A DNA stretch of 64,000 bases from an uncultured Planctomycetaceae bacterium (GCA_963815195.1 CAWFGE010000014.1:128001-192000); one strand, 5' to 3'; positions 18,955 to 31,784 are shown, counted from the stretch's first letter. A program made the numbers and translations. The notes: a model not told the origin generated them from the letters alone.

Positions 18955-20505
18955 ATGGGTTCTGTGCTGGCGTTGTGGCTGGGTTTGGGCGGCTTCTGCC
19001 CGCCGGTTTTCGGAGCCGTTCTCGCCGACCAAAGTGCGCGGGCCAGGCAACTGGCGAGCTATCAAGAGCAATACCGCGAACTGGCGGAGAAATACACCCA
19101 GGGGTTGGGGCAAATCGCCGACAAAGCCGAGCGGTCGGGTTTCGCCAAGGAGGCGAAAGCCATCCGGGGACTGGCGGTTCCGTTTGATCCCGAAAAAATC
19201 CAAGCCGACGGCCTGCCCCGCGCGGCGCTGCCGGATCTGCCGGTGAGTCTGCCGGACGCGGAGCGTTGGCGGCTCGAACTGCGACAGCACCGCGAAGACT
19301 ACGCCAACCATCTGTATGTGCTGTCCCGGCGACTTTTGCGGTCGAAGTTTCCCAGTGCCTCGTACCGGCTCGTGCGGGAAGTCGCCTCGGCCTATCCCGA
19401 TCACCCCGGAGCCCGGCGGATTCTGGGATTTCAACCTTGGAAAGGCGAGTGGATCACCCCCTTCGAGGCCGAGCAAGCCCGCAAGAATCTTGTCTGGCAC
19501 GAGAAATACGGCTGGCTCCTCAAAACCTACGTCAAACGCTACGAAGACGGCGAACGCAATTTCCGCGGCAGCTGGATGCCGGCGGCGAAAGAAGAAGGAA
19601 TCCGCCGCGTCTTCTCGAACGCGTGGATCATTCGCACCGAGAATTTCCTGATCGAGACCAACCACAGCCTGGAGCGGGGCGTCGAGATCGCGACAAAGCT
19701 CGAAGAATATCACGACTTTTTCGTGCAGACCTTCGTGGGATTTTTTCAAACGCCCAAGCAGCTCGAGGATTTGTTCAACGAAGCCGCCCGCCACCGCCGG
19801 GGCACGAAGTCGGACGCCGAACGGTTCCACGTCCACTATTACCGCACCCGCGACGAGTACATCCAGGCCCTCAAGCAGAAAGTGCCGCAGGTCGCGATCA
19901 CCAACGGCCTGTACCACAACGGCGACCGCATCGCTTACTTTTACGACGCCCCCAAAGAAGACAAGGAAAGCTTGGACTCGACGTTGTTCCACGAAGCGAC
20001 GCATCAACTGCTTTACGAAACCCGCTTCCGCAACCCCCGGATGAGCCAGGGCGTGGGGGACGATGCGAACTTTTGGATCGTGGAAGGCATCGCGTGCTAT
20101 ATGGAGTCCCTCAAACGCCAGGCCGGGAGCGTCACGCTGGGCGATCCGGAATTCATCCGCTTCTATTGGGCGCGGAACCGTTACCTCAAGGAAAGCTATT
20201 ACGTTCCGCTGGCGGAGTTCGCTTCCATGGGGATGCGAGAATTCCAGAGCCATCAAAACATCTCCCGCAATTACAGCCAGGCTTCGGGATTGGTGCATTT
20301 CTTCATGCACTCTCAAGGCGGCGTGTACCGCGATGCGATGATCGAGCACATTTCGCAGATCTACGCCCCCGGCCGGCGGCTTCAATCCGCCGCGAGCTTG
20401 GCCGACCTCACCGGCGTGTCGTTCCCCGAGTTGGACAAGCAATACGGCGACTACCTCCGCGCCGAGCAGGATGCGATCGACCGCGCCCAATCCCGCACGC
20501 CGTAA
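18955..20505 (+). CDS. Secreted DUF1570-like protein (HExxH metallopeptidase-like); start uncertain
   Basis: TLFHEATHQL...WIVEGIACYME...YSQASGLVHFFM. Confidence 0.78.
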   Translation: MGSVLALWLGLGGFCPPVFGAVLADQSARARQLASYQEQYRELAEKYTQGLGQIADKAERSGFAKEAKAIRGLAVPFDPEKIQADGLPRAALPDLPVSLPDAERWRLELRQHREDYANHLYVLSRRLLRSKFPSASYRLVREVASAYPDHPGARRILGFQPWKGEWITPFEAEQARKNLVWHEKYGWLLKTYVKRYEDGERNFRGSWMPAAKEEGIRRVFSNAWIIRTENFLIETNHSLERGVEIATKLEEYHDFFVQTFVGFFQTPKQLEDLFNEAARHRRGTKSDAERFHVHYYRTRDEYIQALKQKVPQVAITNGLYHNGDRIAYFYDAPKEDKESLDSTLFHEATHQLLYETRFRNPRMSQGVGDDANFWIVEGIACYMESLKRQAGSVTLGDPEFIRFYWARNRYLKESYYVPLAEFASMGMREFQSHQNISRNYSQASGLVHFFMHSQGGVYRDAMIEHISQIYAPGRRLQSAASLADLTGVSFPELDKQYGDYLRAEQDAIDRAQSRTP

Positions 20506-20588
20506 AGCGTCGAATTCCGCGGTCCTCCCTGGTATAGTGAACGCTGCAATCGAAGCCGGTTTTCATCATCCTTGCGAGGATCATCCCC

Positions 20589-22135
20589 TTGAGCATTCGC
20601 CGAACCGCCCGCGAGTTGTTGTGCGGGCCCGTATTGTTTTTCCATATCGTCGCCTCGGCGCCCTCGGCGGAGAAGACCCCGGCCCCCAAGTGGTCCGTGG
20701 ACGTGGAGTTCTCTCCCCAAGTTCATGCCAAACCCTACACCGGCCGGGTGTATTTGTTTTTCAGCAAACAAGACGAGCAGCCGCGCATGGGGCCGAACTG
20801 GTTTCGCCCGGAGCCGTTCGTGTCCCGCGATGTGAAAGACTGGAAACCCGGCGAGACGCTGACTTTCTCCAATAAAACTCCCGGCCGGATGCTCGCGTAT
20901 CCGCGCGAGTTCTCGACGGTCGATTTGTCCGGCTACCATGTGCAAGCCGTCGCCCGGTTTAATCCGTACGAGCGAAACGTCGGCACCGGAGCGGGCAACG
21001 GTTATAGTTCCGCCCGGGAACTTCCCGCCGATCTGATCAAGGACCAAGAGCCATTGCGGTTGGCGATCGACCAGATCGTGCCCGAGCGCAAGTTTTCCGA
21101 AACCCGCTGGACCAAAGAACTCACGGTCCGCTCCGGGCTCTTGAGCGACTTCCACAATCGGGACGTGTATCTAAAAGCCGCGGTGCGGTTGCCGGCGAGT
21201 TATTACGAACAGCCCGAGCGGCGGTATCCGGTGATCTATCAGATCCCAGGTTTCGGCGGCACGCATTTCATCGGGAAGCGAGAAGAACCCGTTGAAGAAG
21301 ACAACAAACAGGGCGTGGAATTCCTGCGGGTGATTCTCGATCCCAGTTGTCCCTTGGGGCATCACGTGTTTGCGGACTCGGCGAACAACGGGCCCGTGGG
21401 CGAAGCGCTTATCAAGGAACTCATCCCCGCTCTCGATGAAAACTACCGCACCGTTGCAAAACCCACCGCGCGGTTTTTGACGGGGCATTCCTCGGGCGGC
21501 TGGAGCAGTCTTTGGCTGCAGGGGACCTATCCCGATTTCTTCGGCGGGACCTGGAGCACCGCCCCCGATCCCGTGGACTTCCGCGACTTCCAGCGAATCA
21601 ACCTCTACAAAGATGGCGAGAATATGTACAAGGACGCCGACGGCGAACGCCGTCCTCTGCCCGCGCCGGCGGCAAAGTCCTGCTGTGGTATCGCGACTTC
21701 GACCACATGGAAACCGTGCTTGGTCCCGGCGGCCAATTGCATAGTTTCGAAGCCTGCTTCAGCCCCCGCGGAAAAGATGGCAAACCGGTGCGCGTCTGGA
21801 ACACAGACACCGGCGAAATCGACACCGCCGTCGCCAGGACCTGGGAGAAGTACGACATCCGCCTGATTCTCGAACGCCACTGGAAAACCCTCGGGCCGAA
21901 ACTCCAAGGCAAGCTGCACGTGTTCATGGGCAGCGAGGACACGTTTTATCTCGAAGGGGCCACGATGCTCCTCAAGGAATCCCTGGACAAACTCCCCGGC
22001 GATGCGGTCGTCGAAATCCACGAAGGCAAAAACCACGGCAGCCTGATGACCCCGGAACTCATCAGCCGCATCCGTAGCGAAATGACCGCAGCCTTCTTAA
22101 AACATCATCAACCGATAGAGCGACAAGACAATTGA
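20589..22135 (+). CDS. Secreted esterase-family alpha/beta hydrolase (frameshift near 21660)
   Basis: RYPVIYQIPGFGG, DSANNGP, GHSSGGWS. ORFs 20589-21866 and 21512-22135 join at cct ctg ^cc cgc. Confidence 0.82.
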
Positions 22136-22267
22136 CGCCACGGATGAAACACGAATCGAACACGGATTATAGAGAATGAGTTGACGTAATCTGGTCTGCG
22201 ATACAAACGACGCAATGTCTTTTTTGCACCCAAGTCCTGCACAAGAATAGCCATGCTATTTTTGTCC

Positions 22268-22364
22268 TTACGCCGAAGGCGTTATATGACAAAGCCCAGG
22301 GTCAGCGGCGCAGCCGCGCCACCCTGGGTATCGGTTTCGAAAAAAAATTACGCCGAAGGCGTTA
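22268..22364. repeat. REP/REPIN-like palindromic element
   Basis: ttacgccgaaggcgtta twice (22268, 22348) flanking an agcccagggt...accctgggt stem; same architecture as 11450-11546. Confidence 0.75.
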
Positions 22365-22425
22365 GACAAAGCCGTCGTTTTTTGAGGAACAGTAACACCG
22401 TTTTTATGCTGATGGAGTTATCCCG

Positions 22426-23460
22426 ATGAAGTTCACCTCGTTAATTTTTGGTGTGTTGTGTTTAAGCGTTTCCGCGGCTTTCGGGCAAGATCTGAAACCC
22501 ACCGGCGAGGCTTCGATCATCCCGAAAGGGGCGAAGCTTGAAGAGGTTTGGAACGAAGGCCTGTTCACCGAAGGCGTGGCGGCGGCGCCCGATGGAGTTT
22601 TGTATTTCAGCGACATTGCCTTTGTGGCCGAGAAACCCGGGCGGATTCTAAAGTACGATCCCAAGACCGGGAAAACGGAGGTGCATTCCGCCGACAGCGG
22701 CAAGAGCAACGGCCTGTTCTTCGACACCAAAGGCCGGCTGATCGCCTGCTGCGGCGCAAACAACGGCAAACGGGCCGTCGTGGAAGTGCTGGCCGACGGC
22801 AAACTGAACGTGCTCGTGGACCGCTACGAGGGCAAACGGCTCAACTCGCCCAACGACCTGGTCGTGCATCAGGACGGCAGCATCTATTTCAGCGATCCGC
22901 GTTACGTGGGCGAGGAACCGGTCGAGTTGTCCCAAATGAGCGTGTACCGCATCGACCTCGACGGCTCGGTGCACCGCGTCACCCAAAGCACGCCCGGACC
23001 GAACAGCATCCAAAAACCCAACGGCGTCAACGTCTCGCCCGACGGCAAAACGCTGTATGTGGCCGAGAACAACAACGGCAGCCTCGATGTCACCAAAGAA
23101 GACGCCGACACCAAGATGGGCCGGATGACGCTCAACGCGTTTCCCATCCAAAAAGACGGCTCGCTCGGCAAAAAGACCGTGCTCGTGGACTTCGGCGACC
23201 AGGCCGGCACCGACGGCATGACGATCGACACGAAGGGCAACATCTACGCCGCGGTCCGGAGCGAGAAACGCCACGGCATCGTCGTGTTTTCGCCGAAGGG
23301 CAAGGAACTCGCCTACATTCCCACCAAGGATCTGCCCACGAATTGCTGCTTCGGCCGGCGTGATGACGCCCATACGCTGTACGTCACCGCCGGCACGGGC
23401 TTTTATCGCATCAAGCTGAACTCGATCGGTTATCACTCTGTGGAAAACTCGGCGGACTGA
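22426..23460 (+). CDS. SMP-30/gluconolactonase/LRE family protein
   Basis: FTEG, SNGL, LNSPNDL, YFSDP, PNG, DGMTID, PTNCCFG; signal peptide. Confidence 0.93.
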   Translation: MKFTSLIFGVLCLSVSAAFGQDLKPTGEASIIPKGAKLEEVWNEGLFTEGVAAAPDGVLYFSDIAFVAEKPGRILKYDPKTGKTEVHSADSGKSNGLFFDTKGRLIACCGANNGKRAVVEVLADGKLNVLVDRYEGKRLNSPNDLVVHQDGSIYFSDPRYVGEEPVELSQMSVYRIDLDGSVHRVTQSTPGPNSIQKPNGVNVSPDGKTLYVAENNNGSLDVTKEDADTKMGRMTLNAFPIQKDGSLGKKTVLVDFGDQAGTDGMTIDTKGNIYAAVRSEKRHGIVVFSPKGKELAYIPTKDLPTNCCFGRRDDAHTLYVTAGTGFYRIKLNSIGYHSVENSAD

Positions 23461-23558
23461 GTTTTTTCAAAGCATTTCGGCAACGTGCGAGTCCGAATAT
23501 CGTCTGGTTCAATACGGTCTTTGTCGCGCTTTTCAAAATCCAGCCCCGGGAGAACTCC

Positions 23559-25007
23559 ATGCGAAACCCCTTTGCCGTCGGTGCCTGTGTTTTTTTGCTG
23601 GCGGGTTTGCTTGGCGCGGAAATCTCCCCGGCACGGGGCGAAGACATCTCGCCGGACGAGGCGCGGTCGGCCCTGCATCGGGCGGTGCGGTTTTTCCGGC
23701 AGGATGTGGCGGCAGGCACCGGCGGCTATTTGTGGCGGTACAGCGCGGACCTCTCCAAGCGGGAAGGCGAAGGCGTCGCCAAGCCCACCACCGCCTGGCT
23801 CCAGCCGCCCGGCACGCCCAGCGTCGGCGAGGCGTATTTAGAAGCCTATTTGCTGACGGGAGACGAGGTGCTCCGCGAAGCGACTTTGGAAACCGCGATG
23901 GCCTTGGTCCGCGGGCAGTTGGTCTCCGGCGGTTGGGCGGACCGCATCGAGTTCGCGCCCGAAGACCGCGGCCGCTATGCCTACCGCATCGACAAAAACC
24001 GCGGCAAGTTCAACCGCACGACCTTCGACGACAACAAATCCCAATCCGCCCTGCGGTTTCTCATGCGGACCGATCAGGCTTTCAAATTCCAGAACGCCAC
24101 GATTCACGAAGCCTGCCTGTATGCACTCGATTCGTTTATCAAAGCCCAATATCCCAACGGGGCGTGGCCGCAGCAGTATGACGAGTTTCCGAACCCGCAG
24201 GACTATCCCGCGCTGAAAGCCTCGTATCCCGAATCGTGGTCCAGAACCTATCCTGCCAAGACGTACCGCGGCTATTACACCCTCAACGACAATACGATTT
24301 CCGATGTGATCGAGACCCTGCTCGAGGCGGCGGAGATTTATAAGCAGCCTCGCTACCGGGCGGCGGCGGTCCAGGGCGGGGAGTTCTTTCTGCTCGCGCA
24401 AATGCCCGACCCGCAGCCCGGCTGGGCGCAGCAATACACGAAAGAAATGCACCCCGCGTGGGCCCGGAAGTTCGAGCCGCCCGCGATCACCGGCAGCGAA
24501 AGCCAGGGCGTGATGCAAACGCTCCTGCTGCTCGCCCGCGAAACCGGCGAAGACAAATTCCTCGAATGCCTGCCCCGGGCTTTGGCGTACTACAAAAAGT
24601 CCGTCCTGCCCGGCGGACGGTTGGCGCGGTTTTACGAACTCAAAACCAACCGCCCGCTGTACTTCACGAAGAAGTACGAGCTGACTTACGAAGCCAACGA
24701 TCTGCCCACGCATTACGGCTTCATCGTGGGCAACAAGCTGGACCGCATCGAACAGGACTACGAGCGACTGAAGGGCAGCGATCCCTCGAAATGGCGAACC
24801 GACCGGAAAGACAAGCCGCCACGGATGACCGATTCCTTGAAGGCCCGCGCGAAGAAAACCGCGGCGCAACTGGACGAGCGCGGAGCCTGGCTGGAAGCGG
24901 GCGAACTGCGCTATCAGAACGCCGAGGATGTCAAGCAGATCATCAACCCCCGCACCTTCAGCCAGAACATCCTGATCCTTGCGGAGTTCCTCGCCGCCTC
25001 GCGCTAA
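23559..25007 (+). CDS. Pectate lyase-like protein (PL10/PelA type)
   Basis: TTFDDNKSQ, AQYPNGAWPQ, TLNDN, WAQQY, PAWARKFEPPA, ARFYEL. Confidence 0.82.
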   Translation: MRNPFAVGACVFLLAGLLGAEISPARGEDISPDEARSALHRAVRFFRQDVAAGTGGYLWRYSADLSKREGEGVAKPTTAWLQPPGTPSVGEAYLEAYLLTGDEVLREATLETAMALVRGQLVSGGWADRIEFAPEDRGRYAYRIDKNRGKFNRTTFDDNKSQSALRFLMRTDQAFKFQNATIHEACLYALDSFIKAQYPNGAWPQQYDEFPNPQDYPALKASYPESWSRTYPAKTYRGYYTLNDNTISDVIETLLEAAEIYKQPRYRAAAVQGGEFFLLAQMPDPQPGWAQQYTKEMHPAWARKFEPPAITGSESQGVMQTLLLLARETGEDKFLECLPRALAYYKKSVLPGGRLARFYELKTNRPLYFTKKYELTYEANDLPTHYGFIVGNKLDRIEQDYERLKGSDPSKWRTDRKDKPPRMTDSLKARAKKTAAQLDERGAWLEAGELRYQNAEDVKQIINPRTFSQNILILAEFLAASR

Positions 25008-25060
25008 TGTGCACACCATGATGATGACAAGTAGACATTTGGGGAAGGAGAGATCGCGCG

Positions 25061-28000
25061 ATGAGCAGCGTTCGGTTGTTGTGGGAAAGCTTGTTCTATT
25101 ATTGGCGGACGAATCTTGCGGTCTTGTTGGGCGTAATCGCGGGGACGGCGGTCATCGGCGGGGCGTTGATCGTCGGCGATTCCGTGCGGGGCAGCCTGGA
25201 AACCATGAGCCGCGAACGCCTGGGCGAAATCGATTACGCCCTCAGCAGCCACCGCTTCGTGCGGGAGAGCCTCGCCAACGATTTGGCGGCTCATATCAAG
25301 CAGTCCGATGGAACGCCGGGAACATCGGGATCGAAAATCTCGATGGCCCCGGCCCTCGTGATGGTCGGAGCGGTCGAGCGGAAGTTGAAAAAAAACGACA
25401 AGCAATCCAAAGGCCAGGCCCAATACGCCCGCGCGGGGCAGGTGAATGTTTACGGCTTGAATCAACGCCTTTGGGATCTGACCAACCACGATAGGGTCCC
25501 CCGGCCGGCGGGGAACGAGGTCATCCTCAGCGGACGGCTGGCGGAGCAATTGGGGCAGACCGAAGCGGGCGTCACCAGGCCGGTGGAAGTGGGCGACGAG
25601 GTCACGCTGTGGATCGAACTCCCCGCGAGCATTCCCCGCGACACGCTGCTCGGCGACCGCGAGCAGCAAACGTCCGTCCGCATCCCGCTGGAAGTCTCCA
25701 AGATCCTCCCCGACCGTTCCGGCGTGGGGCGGTTGGAACTCAATCCCAGCCAACAGTTGCCCCTCAATGCGTTTCTCGATTTGGAAACGCTCCAGAAGGC
25801 TCTGGATCTCAATGCCCGGCGGGTCCGCGATCCCGACCATGGACGGTTTGTCGAAAAGCCCGCGCGGGTGAATGCAATTTTCGTGGGAACGCACACGCCT
25901 TCCGTGGCCGAGGAGCAATCGGCCATCGACGTCGCGGAGACCTTAAACAAGCGGCTCGATGAATCCCTGGATCTCGACGATCTCAGCTTGCGAATCGTTT
26001 CGTATCCGAGCGAGGGATATTTCTCGCTGGAAAGCCAGCAGCAGATTCTGGCCGACCCCTTCGCCGAGGCTGCGCGGAAAGCGGCAAAGGATCTCAAGCT
26101 GCCCATCTCGCCCGCGCTGGTTTACATCGCCAACGAAATCGACAACGCCGATGCCTCCCAAGTGCAACATAAGACCGCGGAGCAACCGGGGCGGGGGTAT
26201 TCGATGTATTCGATCGTCGCCGGGATCGATTTGAACCAGGCCGGTCCGTTTCCCAAGTTTGAGTTCGCCGGCGCGCGGCCGAAATCATTGGGCGATGACG
26301 GCATCCTTCTGAACGATTGGCTGGCAAAAGACCTCAACGTCCAAACGGGCGACAACGTGCAAATGAAGTATTACCAGGTCGGCGGGCATATCTTGGGAGC
26401 GAAAGGCGAAATCCCGCAGGAGTCGCGGACCTTCACGGTGAAGGGGATCGTGAAACTCGAAGCCGCGGCGGTGGATAAAGGCTGGGTCCCCGAAGTGCCC
26501 GGCATCACCGATGCCCACACCTTCGATGACATCAAAGAGCCGTTCCCCATGAAACGGAACCTCATCACGAAGCGCGACGATACGTTCTGGGAACAATATC
26601 AAGCCAGTCCCAAAGCCTTTGTCTCCTTGGACACCGCCCAGAAACTCTGGCACAGCCGATATGGAAATCTGACCTCGGTCCGAGTCGGAATTCCGAACGG
26701 AGCCGACGCCGAGAAGATCCAACAGCAATTCACCAAGGCGTTTCTCAAGAACGTCGACATCCAGCAAGCGGGCTTGGCGTTTCGGCCGGTGAAATATCAG
26801 GGCCTGAATGCAGCCCGCGGGACGACCGACTTCAGCGGCCTATTCATCGGGTTCAGCTTCTTCTTAATTCTCTCCGCGACGATTCTGATCGGGCTGTTGT
26901 TTCGCTTGGGGATCGAACGCCGGAGCGCGCAGGTCGGCTTGCTCGCAGCGGTCGGTTACACGCCGGGCCAGGTCCGCAGCATGTTTTTGAAGGAAGGCTC
27001 GCTCGTCGTGGTCTTGGGCGGAATCCTCGGCGTCGCGGCCGCGATCGGTTATGCCCAGTTGATGATCTACGGCCTCAAGACCTGGTGGATCGGAGCCATC
27101 GGCACGCGGTTTTTGGATGTTTATCTCACCCCGATGAGCCTGGCGTCCGGGTTTCTCATCTCCGTGGTGATTACGCTGATCACCATCTGGTGGGCGCTAA
27201 GGCAACTGAAAAAACTCTCCACCCGCGACCTGCTTTCCGGTGAAGTCGAGGTCCAGGTCCCGATCGAAAAACAGCACCGCCGCGGACAGCTCGCTTGGAA
27301 GGTCAGCCTGGTTTGCGGCGTGCTTTCGCTGATTATTTTGATCGCGGCGCTCGCGGGTTTGATTCCGTCGAGCGAAGCCTTTATGGGATTGTCCTGGGCG
27401 GTGGTGGCGTTTTTTGTCGTGGGGATGGCGATGCTGACGGCGAGTTTGACGCTGCTCGCGTGGCTGTTGGAAACGGGCCGGGGTTTCGAGGTGCGGGGTT
27501 CGGGACTCTCGGGCACGACGCGGCTGGGCATGCGAAACGCCGCCCGCAGCCGGATGCGGAGCGTGCTCACGGTGGGATTGATCGCCTCGGCGACGTTTGT
27601 GATCGTCGCGGTCGCCGCGGGTCATCGAAACCCGGCGGTGGAATCGCCCGACATCAACTCAGGCAACGGCGGTTTCACGCTGGTCGCCGAGAGCAGCACG
27701 CCGATCAATTACGATTTGAACACAGCCGCCGGCCGCGAAAAAGTCGGCCTCACGGTGACCGGCGATTCCACCGAGGCCCAGCGCAAACGCGAGCTTTTGG
27801 ACAAGATGAAAGTCATGCCTTTCCGCGTCAAGCCGGGCGAGAACGCGAGCTGTTTGAACCTTTATCAAACCCAACTGCCGACGGTGCTGGGGGCGACCCC
27901 GGCGATGATCGAGCGGGGCGGATTCAAGTTTATCGGGGCCAACCGCGAGAATCCCTGGACGCGGCTCGAGGAATCTCTCGATCCCGTGACGATCACCACC

Positions 28001-28742
28001 GCCCAAGGCAATGAGGTCGAGGTGCCGGCGGTCCCGGCGTTCGGCGACATGAACACGCTGCAATACAGCCTGCACAAAGCCGTGGGCGATGTGGTCCCCG
28101 TGCCCAATTCCACTGCGCCGGAATATGCGCTCAAGATTGCGGGCATGTGGGACGGCAGCGTGTTTCAGGGCGTGCTGGTCGTTTCGGAAGCGAACTTCAA
28201 CCGCCTGTTTCCCGAGCAGGCGGGCTACCGTTATTTCCTGGTCGAGACGCCGCCGAAAGAGAAGGGCGAAGTCTCGAACATTTTGGAATCGGACCTGCAC
28301 GACTACGGCTTCGATGCCGAGCCCGTGGGCCGGCGGCTGGAAAGTTTTCTGGAAGTGCAGAACACGTATCTTTCCACGTTCCAGGCCTTGGGGGGATTGG
28401 GCCTCTTGTTGGGGACGCTCGGATTGGCGACGGTGATGCTGCGGAATGTCCTCGAACGCCGCAGCGAACTTGCCCTGTTGCGGTCGGTAGGATTTCTCAA
28501 ATCCCGGCTGGTGTGGCTGGTGCTTTGCGAGAATGCGTTTCTTTTGGTGTGGGGCCTCGCCGCGGGGACGGCGTCGGCTTTGATTGCGATGGCTCCGCAT
28601 CTGGTGACCATCGGGGCGGACGTGCCTTGGTCCACGGTGGGGGTGATTTTGGGAGCGGTCGCCGTCGTGGGCATGCTCGCCGCCCTGTTTGCCGTCTATG
28701 CAGCGGTCCGCACGCCGGTGCTGGCGACGTTGCGCGGAATAA
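25061..28742 (+). CDS. FtsX/MacB-type ABC transporter permease (true stop probably TAA 28740-28742)
   Basis: Two FtsX-like halves (GIERRSAQVGLLAAVG; NVLERRSELALLRSVG). Similarity ends at TPVLATLR, next to an out-of-frame GAA TAA; the read-through to 29497 lies antisense to the HDOD gene. Confidence 0.85.
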
Positions 28743-28804
28743 CCCCGAGCCGTGGATCGAACTCGGCGGTTGGAAGCCTTCCCCCTACGGAAGACGCGCT
28801 CCGC

Positions 28805-29770
28805 TCATGCGGTGACGGTGGCATTGAGCGTGCCGTCGTCGTAGCTTTCAGGCGAATCCTTCGCGGCGCAGCAGCGGCGGCTGAGCGGAAAATCGTTTTG
28901 CACGCCGAGGTCCATCTCCGCGTGTTGCTCATCGACGCGCTCGGCGAGTTCCGCAAGGTCGAAGGCTTTCCATTTCTCGCCGAGCTTGAGCAGCAAATCG
29001 AGCCCGGCCTTTTCCTGCCGAAGTTGGTCCGGGAGCATCGCCGAGAGAGCGACCGCGGCGGCGGGCGTGCGGCCCAACTGCGGATGAGCCAGAATCCGCA
29101 ATCCGAAATGATGGAACAAGATGCAGCCGACCAGTTCGTCCGGCAGGCTCCATTTCTGGGCGAGCGAGGCCCCGGCGAGGGCGTGGTTCCATCCAAAGGT
29201 CTGGTCCTCGAATTCCGTGATGCAATCGGGAAACGCCTCGCGCTGATGAATGAAGGGCAGATACTTTTCGTCCATTTCATTCGTCAAAATCGGCAAGAGA
29301 TAATCCTGCAAAAGCGCGCCCGCGAACGCGACGTCGGTGTCGGCTTTGAGCATCTTCGCCACCTCGCGGGCGAACAGGGCTTTTTGGAGGCAGGCGTTCC
29401 AGAACCCGGCCTGATGGATCAAGCGGGACTTTCGCGCCTTCACCGCGGACTGCATGCCGTTAGAGACGATGAACATCTTCACCTGGCGGACGCCTAACAG
29501 CGTGATGGCTTGCTGCACGCTGCTGGCCTTGTGCCGGAGCCCGACATAAGCCGAGTTCACGTGCCTGAGCAACTCCAGCGTGAGCCCGGCATCCGTTTCC
29601 AGGATTTGCGAAAGCGTTTTCACGGGCGCATCGGGGTCTTTGGAAGCCTCCAAAAACCGCGTGACCGCCAAGGGCAGCGCAGGGAGCTTCAGCATCGACG
29701 GCAGGCTGGTGAGGCGAAAATCTCCAATGACTTCCGCGCACAACCCGCTCCAATCAATCGGCTCTGTCAT
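28805..29770 (-). CDS. HDOD domain protein
   Basis: LPALP...[19 protein letters not shown]...AITLLG...GALLQD...[15 protein letters not shown]...ILFHH. Confidence 0.9.
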   Translation of the reverse strand: MTEPIDWSGLCAEVIGDFRLTSLPSMLKLPALPLAVTRFLEASKDPDAPVKTLSQILETDAGLTLELLRHVNSAYVGLRHKASSVQQAITLLGVRQVKMFIVSNGMQSAVKARKSRLIHQAGFWNACLQKALFAREVAKMLKADTDVAFAGALLQDYLLPILTNEMDEKYLPFIHQREAFPDCITEFEDQTFGWNHALAGASLAQKWSLPDELVGCILFHHFGLRILAHPQLGRTPAAAVALSAMLPDQLRQEKAGLDLLLKLGEKWKAFDLAELAERVDEQHAEMDLGVQNDFPLSRRCCAAKDSPESYDDGTLNATVTA

Positions 29771-30215
29771 ATTCGCACCTGGATTGTTTGTGAGCCGCGG
29801 CTTCCTTCAAGCGGAGTCTCAAAAGCAAATCGCAAAGAACCGGAAACATCGGCTCTCGCGGTTGGGATTTCACGCTGCAAAATCGAAAGAATCCCCCGAA
29901 CCGTCGACGGCCAAGGCGCACATTTCTCGGGTCTTGTCACGAGTTACCGAAATATAGAACAAGTTTCTTCCGCATGCGGCGTCCGAAATCGGTTTGACTC
30001 AAACTTTCGGCCTTCGGCGGCCCCCTTCCGAAACAGGCATGGATTGTCAACAAAAAACTCCCGCTCGTTTTCCAAATCGCAAATAGATATACTCATGGTG
30101 GGAACCGTTGAGCAGGAAAGCTTCGCTTCGCCGGGGTCGGCGGAGTTTGGAGGACAACGGATGCATGCCACATCGGAGAGCCGCCGAGCACCACGGCTGG
30201 GAACGAGGAAACCAA

Positions 30216-31675
30216 ATGCAGACGGTTTTGGTGGTGGATGATGATCGTTCGATCCGTCATCAACTGCAGGCAGCCCTCAGCCAGCTCGATCTCGTGGCTG
30301 TCGGGGATGCCCAGGATGGTTTGAGATGGCTCAAGGAGAACAGCGCCGATTGCGTGCTCTTGGACATCGTGCTGCCGGGGACATCGGGCCTGGAGGTGTT
30401 CCAACAGATCAAAACGCTGGACAACAAGCTGCCGGTGATATTCATCACGGCGGGGGGCAGCAGCGAGACCGCGATTCGAGCGATGCAATTGGGGGCTTAT
30501 GATTTTCTGGTCAAGCCGCTGAAATTGCCGGTCGTCAAGGATCTGGTGGCCAAGGCCCTTGAAACGCGGCGGCTGATGAACGTGCCGGTGGCCATTCCCA
30601 AAGATGAAGCCCTGCCCGCCACGGGAGATTTCCTGGTGGGCAAAAGCGAGCCGATGCTCAAAGTTTATGCGCAGGTCGGCCGCGTGGCGGCTCAGGATGT
30701 GATCGTGTTGATCCGCGGCGAGAGCGGGACCGGCAAAGAACTGATCGCCCGCGCCATCTATCAGCACAGTCCCCGCGCCAGCGAATGCTTCATGGCCGTG
30801 AACTGCGCTGCACTTCCGGACAGTCTGCTGGAGAGCGAACTCTTCGGGCACGAAAAAGGCGCTTCACGGGCGCTCATTCCCGGAGGATCGGCAAATTCGA
30901 GCAGTGCAACGGCGGCACGCTGTTCCTCGATGAAGTCGGCGACATGGCGCTCACCGTGCAAAGCAAAGTGCTCCGACTGCTCCAAGAGCAAAGGTTCGAG
31001 CGGGTGGGCGGGAACGAAACGATTCAAACCGACGTGCGAATCATCGCCGCCACCAACCGCAACCTCGAAGACATGGTCGAAGAAGGCGAGTTCCGCGAGG
31101 ATCTGTTTTATCGGCTGAACGGCTATACGATCTTTCTGCCGCCCTTGCGGGAGCGGCCCGGCGATCTCCCGCCTTTGATTCAGCATTTTCTCAACCGGCT
31201 CAGCCCGCAATTGGGAAAAGACAACGTGGAGGGCATTTCCCCGGAAGCCACCCGCTTGTTGATCCGTTACGACTGGCCGGGGAACGTGCGGGAAATGCAA
31301 AGCGTGATCCGCCAGAGTTTGCTGAACGCGACCGGCCCGGTCATTGTGCCCGATTTTCTGCCGCCGGAAGTCCGCGCGGCCGAAGGACCTTCCGATCAGA
31401 CGGCCGAACAGGTTTCCACCGAATCCAACGGCGAAGTCTGCAACCTCAAGCAGTTCTTGGACGAGCATCTGGCGGACGGGAAGGATTCCGAAAACCTGCA
31501 CGCCGAGACGATCGAGTTCGTCGAACGCTACCTGTTGACCCGGGTGCTCGAGCGCACCAACGGAAATCAATCGCAGGCGGCACGGATTCTCGGAATCACG
31601 CGGGGCAGTTTACGCAACAAAATCCGCACGCTGGGCATCGTTATCGAGCAAATCGTCCACGTCGATGAAGCGTAA
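30216..31675 (+). CDS. Sigma-54-dependent response regulator (NtrC family; frameshift near 30862)
   Basis: REC domain, [19 protein letters not shown]^FTGA (GAFTGA restored by one base), LFLDEVG, WPGNVRE, C-terminal Fis HTH. Confidence 0.92.
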
Positions 31676-31768
31676 GACTGCTGGTCGTTTCGCCTCCAGG
31701 TTGGACAGACCGCGTCCAGTTCGGAGGAATCCCCCTCCGTCCGCCAGGCAATTGGAAGCCGAACTCTT

Positions 31769-31784
31769 TGGCATCCGCTTTGCT
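31769..31784 (+). promoter_or_regulatory. Sigma-54 (-24/-12) promoter
   Basis: TGGCATCCGCTTTGCT, GG-N10-GC spacing, upstream of 31851. Confidence 0.75.

Noticed and set aside
22268..22364. Two identical 17-nt repeats as a mini CRISPR array
   Set aside because: Only two short copies, the spacer is itself a palindrome, and there are no cas genes; fits a REP-like element.
28743..29497. Apparent 250-aa C-terminal extension of the ABC permease (1478-aa ORF)
   Set aside because: Read-through caused by an indel just before the natural stop; it lies antisense to the clear HDOD gene.
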